Assembly (NCBI GenBank): GCA_039680365.1
Contig: JBDKTD010000335.1
Span: 1-42,494, forward strand
Length of the DNA: 42,494 bases
Direction: 5' to 3'
From: Clostridiaceae bacterium
Lineage (GTDB): Bacteria; Bacillota; Clostridia; Christensenellales; CAG-138
Shown here: positions 35,585 through 42,494 of the stretch, one piece after another
Position numbering within the stretch: the first letter of the stretch is position 1
Layout: each line of letters starts with the position of its first letter
The notes under the pieces: generated by a model
The model's input: the letters and a program-made list of their open reading frames with translations, nothing else
What the model was told of the DNA's origin: nothing
The model's database searches: none
Translations under genes and position numbers: made by a program

Positions 35585-37795
35585 ATGGCGGAAATCAGCG
35601 GAGTTGTCAATTCCATCATCTACCGCAACAGCGAAAACGGCTGGACGGTGCTGGAGCTTGTGCCCGACGAGGGCGAAAAGCTCACGGTCGTCGGCGCGCT
35701 TCCGCTTGCTTCCGTCGGCGAGCGCGTGGAGTTTGTTGGTGATTACGCTTCTCACCCGAAGTACGGCAGCCAGTTTAAGGCTTACAGCTACAAAACGCTT
35801 GCGCCCGCCACGCTGAGCGCCATTGAAAACTACCTCGGCAGCGGGCTGATCAAGGGTATCGGCGCCGCGACGGCAAAAGCCATCGTCGCCAAATTCGGCA
35901 TGGAAACGCTCTCAATTCTGGACGAAACGCCCGCGCGCCTCGCCGAAATCCCCGGCATCGGCGCAAAACGGCGGGATATGATCCTTGCCAGCTATACGGA
36001 AAACCGCATGATGCGGGATATCCTGCTTGCGCTTGAGCCCTACGGCGTCACCGTAAGCCAAGCTTACAAGCTCTACAAAATCTATGGCGAACTGTGTCTC
36101 AGCCGCATTGAGGAGGATCCGTACCAGATCATTCGGGACGTGGACGGCATCGGCTTTGTGACCGCGGATAAAATTGCCCAGAACGTTTCCGGCTTTGCGT
36201 TCGATTCCGAATCCCGCCTTCGCGCGGGGATTCTCTATGCGCTGCAGAGCGCCAGCGGCGAGTACGGGCACACGTTCTTGCCCAAGGATTCGCTTTCGAG
36301 CTATGCAAGCAAGCTCCTCGGCGTGCCGCCGGAACGCGTGCTGGAGTCGCTGGATATCCTTATTGAGCGCGGAGAAGCGATTTTGCAGTTTGTGGGAGAC
36401 ACGGAGGGCGTGTTTCTGCCGTATCTCCAGCGCATGGAGATCAACATTGCCGAAAAGCTTCTCAACCTTGCGCAAAGACCCGTCGATAATCCGTTTTTCG
36501 ATTTTGAAGCGGCGCAGGCTTCCCAAAAACTGGAGCTTTCCGCCCAGCAGAAGGACGCGGTGCTCGCCGCTCTCAACGAAGGCGCGCTGGTCATCACCGG
36601 CTGCCCCGGCACGGGCAAAACGACGATTATTCGCTTTATTACGGCCATTATGGAGAGCATGGGGCTTTCCGTCGAGCTCACCGCGCCGACCGGGCGCGCG
36701 GCAAAGCGCATGAGCGACGCAACCGGTCACGAAGCGCGGACGATTCACCGCTTGCTCGAATACATCCCCGGCGAAGGGTTCATGCGGGACGGCGACGACC
36801 CGCTGCTCTGCGATATGGTCATTGTGGACGAAATGTCCATGGTGGACGTGCCGCTCATGCACGCGCTGCTCAAAGCGGTGCTGGTGGGCGCGCGTTTAAT
36901 CATGGTGGGCGACAGTGACCAGCTCCCCTCCGTTGGCGCGGGGGATGTGCTGCGGGACGTCATCGCCAGCGGGGCAGTCCGCGTGGTTCGGCTGGACGAA
37001 ATTTTCCGCCAGGCGCAAAAGAGCATGATTGTGACCAACGCGCACCGCATCAACGAAGGGCTCCAGCCTATGCTGGATATGGAGGAATCCGATTTTCTGT
37101 TTGAGGATTTGCCCTCGCAGGACCGCATCCTCGAACGCATTATCCATCTCTGCGTTCACCCGCGCGGCTTGCTTGCAACGAGCGACCCGCTGATGGACGT
37201 TCAGGTGCTCGCGCCCATGAAAAAGGGTGTGCTGGGCGTTTGGAACATTAACACGCAACTGCAGGCAGCGCTCAACCCGCCCGAAAAGGGCAAGCACGAA
37301 CATGTCAGCGGGGATGTAACCTTCCGTGAAGGCGACCGCATTATGCAAATGAAGAACAACTACCGCGTAGAGTGGCGGCGCAAACTGCCCGGCGGCGGCT
37401 CGGAGGACGGCTGCGGCGCGTTTAACGGCGACCTTGGAACAATCTACCGCCTCAGCGAACTCGACCGCACCATCAGCGTCCTGTTTGACGACGAGCGGCT
37501 CGCCGTGTTCGACTTTACGCATCTTGACGAGCTGGATTTAGCCTACTGCATCTCCATCCACAAGAGTCAGGGCAGCGAGTTTCCGGTTGTGATTCTGCCG
37601 ATGTTCGGCAGCGCGTCGCCCATGATGACGCGAAACCTCCTCTATACCGCCGTGACGCGCGCAAAGCGGCAGGTGGTCTGCGTCGGCCGCAGGGACGCGC
37701 TGATGAGCATGGTCAACAACAACCGCACCGACCGCCGCTACACCGCGCTGCGCGAACGCCTCAGCGAGCTGTACGAACTGCGCAAATTGAAATAG
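35585..37795 (+). CDS. recD2: ATP-dependent RecD-like DNA helicase
   Basis: HhH repeats, GCPGTGKTT, TIHRLL, DEMSM, GDSDQLPSVG, IHKSQGSEF, YTAVTRAK. Confidence 0.95.
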   Translation: MAEISGVVNSIIYRNSENGWTVLELVPDEGEKLTVVGALPLASVGERVEFVGDYASHPKYGSQFKAYSYKTLAPATLSAIENYLGSGLIKGIGAATAKAIVAKFGMETLSILDETPARLAEIPGIGAKRRDMILASYTENRMMRDILLALEPYGVTVSQAYKLYKIYGELCLSRIEEDPYQIIRDVDGIGFVTADKIAQNVSGFAFDSESRLRAGILYALQSASGEYGHTFLPKDSLSSYASKLLGVPPERVLESLDILIERGEAILQFVGDTEGVFLPYLQRMEINIAEKLLNLAQRPVDNPFFDFEAAQASQKLELSAQQKDAVLAALNEGALVITGCPGTGKTTIIRFITAIMESMGLSVELTAPTGRAAKRMSDATGHEARTIHRLLEYIPGEGFMRDGDDPLLCDMVIVDEMSMVDVPLMHALLKAVLVGARLIMVGDSDQLPSVGAGDVLRDVIASGAVRVVRLDEIFRQAQKSMIVTNAHRINEGLQPMLDMEESDFLFEDLPSQDRILERIIHLCVHPRGLLATSDPLMDVQVLAPMKKGVLGVWNINTQLQAALNPPEKGKHEHVSGDVTFREGDRIMQMKNNYRVEWRRKLPGGGSEDGCGAFNGDLGTIYRLSELDRTISVLFDDERLAVFDFTHLDELDLAYCISIHKSQGSEFPVVILPMFGSASPMMTRNLLYTAVTRAKRQVVCVGRRDALMSMVNNNRTDRRYTALRERLSELYELRKLK

Positions 37796-37849
37796 CAAAT
37801 CTCGCTTATTCAGTGTTTTTAAAAAACATTCATTTATGGAGAGCTTAAC

Positions 37850-38530
37850 ATGAGCCAACCGCAGGAAAACGAGCGCTACGGCCTGAAGGCATTTGTGGAC
37901 GGCGTGTTTGACGCGCTGTACCCTACCAACATCGCCTGCAGGCTCTGCAACCGCGAAACGGTGCTTGGCGAGGATTGCCTCTGCGAAAGTTGCCGCGCTA
38001 CGCTCCTCCCCTGCCCCCCGATGGCCGCGCCAGACTCGCTCGACGGCCTTTCCGCTGCTTTTGCGTATACCGGCGGAGCGGCGCTCGGCATTCACGCGCT
38101 GAAGTACGCCAAGCAGACGCGGCTTGCGGAATTCTTTGGGCAAGCCATGCGCATTCCCGACGGGTGGAAAATCGACGCGGTCGTGCCCGTGCCGCTGCAC
38201 CCGCTCAAGCTCTGGCTCCGAACGTACAACCAAAGCGAACTGCTTGCCGCGGTTGTCTGCCGTAAGTCCGGACTGCCGCTCCGCAAGGAACTCCTCCGCA
38301 GGACGCGTTTTACCCGCACGCAGACCGCGCTGGACGCGGACGCGCGAAAGAAAAACGTCACTTCCGCCTTTGCCGCTTCCCCCGCTTGCACCGGACGCAG
38401 CATCCTGCTCGTGGACGACGTAACCACCACGCACAGCACGCTGATTGCCTGCGCCGCCGCGCTGAAGCAAGCCGGAGCCGCGCGCGTTTACGCCCTCTGC
38501 GCCTGTTCGGCGGAAAAGTCAACTATTTGA
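37850..38530 (+). CDS. comF: ComF family protein (Zn finger plus PRT domain)
   Basis: CRLC...CESC, VPVPLH, YNQSELLA, LLVDDVTTT. Confidence 0.9.
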   Translation: MSQPQENERYGLKAFVDGVFDALYPTNIACRLCNRETVLGEDCLCESCRATLLPCPPMAAPDSLDGLSAAFAYTGGAALGIHALKYAKQTRLAEFFGQAMRIPDGWKIDAVVPVPLHPLKLWLRTYNQSELLAAVVCRKSGLPLRKELLRRTRFTRTQTALDADARKKNVTSAFAASPACTGRSILLVDDVTTTHSTLIACAAALKQAGAARVYALCACSAEKSTI

Positions 38531-38589
38531 GTAAAACAATCATATATGGTATAGTTAGCTTATATTTGGGTGCTTAGTCGAGGTTGCAT

Positions 38590-39522
38590 ATGAATCACGA
38601 TGATACTCTTTATGAACTAATTGATCGTATCCGCGAACATATAACTAGAGCTGAGAAGCAATACGTCTTGCTGAACGATCGCGAGAAGTGGTTGAGTCTT
38701 GCTTCCGCAATCTATATCATCGAAGATACATCAAGTGCAATTGAATACTATCTTAGCGAGAATTTCCCTTCTGAAAACAGCGGAAAGTATCTATTCATAT
38801 ATGGTTTGCTCCAAGCATGTTTTCTCCAACAAGACGCGATCCGGGCAATCAGTCAAGCGTTATTTGAAAGAGATATAGACTATAAGGAGAACTATCCTTC
38901 AGCTTATTCTATACGTGAGTTGCGAAACAGAGTGGCGGGACATCCAATCAGCAAAAAAGGTGGTGAGTATATTCAAATAAGCCAATTATCGATCAATAAA
39001 GAATCTTTCCAATACTTAATCTCAGAGGTTGATCAAGATAAAACTCGCTTTATCAATGTAAACATCATAAGAGTAATTAAGGATATGCAACGTTGTGCGC
39101 AAGATATTCTTAAAGAAATTGTTGAAAAACTTGATTTGGAGGAGTCTGAATTTATGGAAAAGTATAAGGCTATAAAAATTGCAAACATCTTTAGTCAGTT
39201 GAGTTTTGCTCGTGAAAAAGTGCTTTGTGATCCACTATTCAAAGATGCAGAATATAGACATGTAAAAAGAATGGTTAAGGAATGCGAAGAAGAACTAACT
39301 AGAAGATATGGAACGATTGAAGCACTCGACACCTATAAAAATGAGCTAGATGACATTCACGCTCTTTTTGACTTAATCGACAACGGCTTGGGCGAAGTCC
39401 GAACTGATACAGTAAGTCAGATTGAGCATTGGCTCTTTGAACTTCTTTTTGTAAAACTAAGTGATTTAGCGAAGCTATGTACTGAAACTGATCTGATTTT
39501 TTCAGGCGAAGCACCCGTTTGA
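38590..39522 (+). CDS. AT-rich hypothetical protein with a HEPN-like RNxxxxH motif
   Basis: 310-aa ORF with GAGG RBS; IRELRNRVAGHP; composition differs sharply from flanks. Confidence 0.7.
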   Translation: MNHDDTLYELIDRIREHITRAEKQYVLLNDREKWLSLASAIYIIEDTSSAIEYYLSENFPSENSGKYLFIYGLLQACFLQQDAIRAISQALFERDIDYKENYPSAYSIRELRNRVAGHPISKKGGEYIQISQLSINKESFQYLISEVDQDKTRFINVNIIRVIKDMQRCAQDILKEIVEKLDLEESEFMEKYKAIKIANIFSQLSFAREKVLCDPLFKDAEYRHVKRMVKECEEELTRRYGTIEALDTYKNELDDIHALFDLIDNGLGEVRTDTVSQIEHWLFELLFVKLSDLAKLCTETDLIFSGEAPV

Positions 39523-39590
39523 AAAATCAATTGCACCTCAAGACTTTTACGTGGAGACATCCGCGATTACATTTTCTGGAGGTTATTGCT

Positions 39591-40682
39591 ATGAAACAGC
39601 CAATCCCTTCCAGCATCCGCCTGAGAAAGGAAGATCATGCCCGCCTTGGTCTGAACCCCGCGCGCGTCGAACTCTGGGAGGACGGCATGCGCACCGACGG
39701 CGGGCGCGGCAGCTACGAATGGTGGTATTTCGACAGCCACCTCGACGACGGCGGCAAGCTCGTAATCGTGTTCCTCACCAAGAGCTTTGTCATCCCGAAC
39801 CGCCCGCTGACCCCGACCGTTACGCTCCAGTACGACGCGCCGGGCGGCACGCATTATGAGGAGCTGCTCACGTTCCCCTCCGCGCAGTTTTTCGCCTCCC
39901 GCGAGCGCTGCGACGTCCGCATGGGCGAAAACGTCTTTTCCGGCGATCTGCATTCCTACACGATTCATCTTTGCGGCAAGCAGATCCGCGCGGACGTCAC
40001 TTTAACCGGGCGCGTGCCCGCCTGGCGTCCCGGAACGGGTCAAATCTTCTTTGGCGAGCACGACGAGCACTTCTTTGCCTGGCTCCCTTCCGTGCCGGAA
40101 GGAAGCGTAACAGGCGAGCTCGTCATCAACGGTCAGCAAAAGCGCATCGCCGGAACCGGCTACCACGACCATAACTGGGGCGACGTCAGCATGCTGCGCC
40201 TCATGAACCACTGGTACTGGGGGCGCGCCAAGATTGGCGGCTACACCGTAATTTCGTCCTTCATCACCGCCGAAGAGAAATACGGCTACAAGACCTTTCC
40301 CGTCTTTTTGCTGGCAAAGGACGGCGTGAAGGTTGCGGAAAGCTCGCTCGATTCGCCCGCGTTTTTTCAGCGCGAGGAGCACTTGGACGATTTAACGAAA
40401 AAGCCTGTGCACAATGAACTTGTGTACGATTTTGCTAGCGGAAACGAGCGGTACGTCGTCACCTACATTCGTGAAAAGGACATCCTCCGCACGCGGTTTG
40501 CCGATACGCTTCCCCCGCCCGCTCGGCTGCTCGCAAAGCTCGTCGGCTTTTCCGGCGCGTATCTGCGCTTTACCGGCACGGCGAGTCTGGAGCATTTTGT
40601 CGGCGGTGAGCTTGTCGAGCGCGTTTCCGACCCGGCCATCTGGGAATTGATGTACTTTGGGCGCACGCAGAAAGAAGTCTGA
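39591..40682 (+). CDS. CrtC/AttH-like (lipocalin-fold) protein
   Basis: YEWWYFD, GYHDHNWG, WYWGR; ATG at 39591 with GGAGG RBS. Confidence 0.78.
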   Translation: MKQPIPSSIRLRKEDHARLGLNPARVELWEDGMRTDGGRGSYEWWYFDSHLDDGGKLVIVFLTKSFVIPNRPLTPTVTLQYDAPGGTHYEELLTFPSAQFFASRERCDVRMGENVFSGDLHSYTIHLCGKQIRADVTLTGRVPAWRPGTGQIFFGEHDEHFFAWLPSVPEGSVTGELVINGQQKRIAGTGYHDHNWGDVSMLRLMNHWYWGRAKIGGYTVISSFITAEEKYGYKTFPVFLLAKDGVKVAESSLDSPAFFQREEHLDDLTKKPVHNELVYDFASGNERYVVTYIREKDILRTRFADTLPPPARLLAKLVGFSGAYLRFTGTASLEHFVGGELVERVSDPAIWELMYFGRTQKEV

Positions 40683-40723
40683 AGTGAACCTTCGGTTGTA
40701 TGTTGCAATACGAACTACGCCTC

Positions 40724-40751
40724 AAAAAAGGCCGCGTCAAGCGGCCTTTTT
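40724..40751. terminator. Bidirectional terminator
   Basis: AAAAAAGGCCGC-GTCAA-GCGGCCTTTTT between convergent genes. Confidence 0.75.
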
Positions 40752-40789
40752 GCGTGATTGCTTTGTTCCGAACCAGTCGAACGCCCGCC

Positions 40790-41017
40790 TCAGCCGCGAA
40801 ACAGCGTCAGACGAATGCTCTCGTTAACCTCGGAAATCTCTTTTATCCCTTCGATATAGTCCTCGTACATGTCGAGCGGGCTTCCCGCGCCGTACAGTCC
40901 GCAGCCGGAACACTCCTCGCAGCCTGTTTCACCGCAGCCGAGCGCGTTTAGGACGATTCGTTCCCGCTGTTCGCGGGTGGTATTGCATATCAAATACGCT
41001 TCATTGTTCTGTTTCAA
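40790..41017 (-). CDS. Small Cys-rich hypothetical protein (75 aa)
   Basis: TTG start with CAGGAG RBS; C-x4-C-x2-C-x2-C. Confidence 0.65.
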   Translation of the reverse strand: MKQNNEAYLICNTTREQRERIVLNALGCGETGCEECSGCGLYGAGSPLDMYEDYIEGIKEISEVNESIRLTLFRG

Positions 41018-41052
41018 TTTCTGTACTCTCCTGCAAGAAATAAGGCTCGACC

Positions 41053-42105
41053 TTACGGCCAGTACGGCTGTTCCACCGTTTTAACCTTGCCGCTCTGCAC
41101 GGTAACGTAGTAAAAATACGAAGTCAGAACCGCGTCGGGCTTGGCGGCGTAAAGGTTCATAAACTCCGCGTACGTAAGCGCAATAGGATTTGCGTCCGGT
41201 ACCGGCGTGCCGTCCTGCTGGAACATCATCTTAACCGAAACCTTGTTCAGATCGACCGCGCGGAGCTGCGGGTTGGTGTTTTTCTTGACGAACTCGCTGT
41301 CGCTCATGTTGTCCACGTAGTCCTTCGCGTTCGCTTCGGTATACCCTTCGTGATCGACGAGCCACTGCTTGGCCTCGTCGCCCTTGAGCATATCCCAGTA
41401 GTCGAACAGCGCCCAGCCGGTTTCGGGATCGAACGAAACCATATCCGCATAGCTGGAATACATGTTGGGCAGGGTTCCTTCGAACGCGGAGAGAAATGCG
41501 TCCCATTTGGCCTGCGTGTAAGAAGCATGCTCCAACGTATACCCCGCGTCGGCAACGGTGCCTATGGTGCCGTCGTCGCCATTGATGATCTTTTGCGGCA
41601 GATCTGCGATCAGCTCAAAGTTGACGACGAACGCCCCGGCTTTGAGCGGATCGGAGAAACTTTCCAAATAAGCGTCGATTTTGGCGGCAATTGCGTCCTC
41701 CGCTAGGCTGGTATCCTCCGCCCAGTCCAGCACTTTCGCCGCGGCGGAGGCCTGTTTGAGCGAAACGCCGGCGGTGCCGTTTTGCAGTTTTGCAACGTTA
41801 CCCAGCACTTCGCTCAGCTTTACGCCCGCCATCGCGCCCGGAACGGAAGTGGGCGCCTGCGTGGGCGTCGGCGTTGCGGGCAAAGGCGTATCGGTTGGAA
41901 CCGGCGTTGCGGTTGGCGTCGGCTCCAAAGGAGCGGCCGTCGCGGTCGTAGTCGGTGTCGGTTCCGGCGCGGTTGTCGGCTCGGCGGCCGGTATGAGGAG
42001 CTGGCAGCCTGTCAGCAGGACGGCAAGAATCAGCGATATACCGATGAAAAGTACGTTCTTTTTGCAAGCGAAACCATGTAGACTGCTCTTTTTCAATTGC
42101 AACAC
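41053..42105 (-). CDS. Lipoprotein with Pro/Thr-rich linker, function unknown
   Basis: LTGC lipobox, PT repeats, strong coding codon pattern. Confidence 0.78.
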   Translation of the reverse strand: MLQLKKSSLHGFACKKNVLFIGISLILAVLLTGCQLLIPAAEPTTAPEPTPTTTATAAPLEPTPTATPVPTDTPLPATPTPTQAPTSVPGAMAGVKLSEVLGNVAKLQNGTAGVSLKQASAAAKVLDWAEDTSLAEDAIAAKIDAYLESFSDPLKAGAFVVNFELIADLPQKIINGDDGTIGTVADAGYTLEHASYTQAKWDAFLSAFEGTLPNMYSSYADMVSFDPETGWALFDYWDMLKGDEAKQWLVDHEGYTEANAKDYVDNMSDSEFVKKNTNPQLRAVDLNKVSVKMMFQQDGTPVPDANPIALTYAEFMNLYAAKPDAVLTSYFYYVTVQSGKVKTVEQPYWP

Positions 42106-42187
42106 CCGCTTTCTGCTTGTTTGAATTCATATTATAGCACTTATTTAATTCCATGCGCGTCTGCCGCGATAAAAGCATTCCTGCCAG

Positions 42188-42494
42188 TCAATTCGAAAGA
42201 CCTTCGCGGTAGAGTTCCGACATTTCAGGGATGGTGCTCCAGCGGAGATCTCCGCTCTGCACATACCCGTCGATCAGCTGCAGCCACTCTTCCAGCAGAT
42301 CCATATCCACCGCCTTGCCGAATGACCAGACCGCGTAGAACGTGTTGACGCGTCCGCTGTCGCTTGCCTCGACTATGCGAGGTAAAATCTCCCGCCATGT
42401 TGCGATGTCCTGCGCGTTAAAATCGGACTTGCCGCCCTGTATGCTATTGTACTCCTCATAAGCGTTGTTCAGGCTCAACCCGCTGGGGATGATC
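42188..42494 (-). CDS. 3' end of a hypothetical protein (starts beyond window)
   Basis: Frame is open from the window edge (IIPSGLSLNN...) to TGA at 42188. Confidence 0.6.
   Translation of the reverse strand, partial: IIPSGLSLNNAYEEYNSIQGGKSDFNAQDIATWREILPRIVEASDSGRVNTFYAVWSFGKAVDMDLLEEWLQLIDGYVQSGDLRWSTIPEMSELYREGLSN

Overview
GC-rich window from a Clostridia-like (Bacillota) chromosome, mostly housekeeping genes. In order: an unusually long secE (partial) and rpmG; the tldE/tldD peptidase pair; an oligopeptide ABC locus (B-repeat lipoprotein, 816-aa OppA, OppBCDF, small membrane protein) whose oppF has an in-frame TAG; an MFS transporter and M29 aminopeptidase; hpf; a purine-catabolism cluster (guaD, mocA, hydantoinase, ade, xdhABC); an aminotransferase, a GNAT, trpS, RNase P RNA, a Zn-ribbon protein, NIF3, trmK, mnmA, an HMA protein, glyQS, recD2 and comF; an AT-rich HEPN-motif gene; a CrtC/AttH-like protein, a small Cys-rich protein, a lipoprotein and a partial gene. 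No tRNA, rRNA, CRISPR array, integrase or transposase was seen. The main unexplained signals are a 93-nt-period structured repeat in the oppA leader, a synonymously recoded duplicate of the hpf 3' end (integration-scar-like), a candidate attenuator before the aminotransferase, REP-like double hairpins, and several 47-55-nt intergenic tandem duplications. Protein family calls come from motif recognition by eye, not from database searches.
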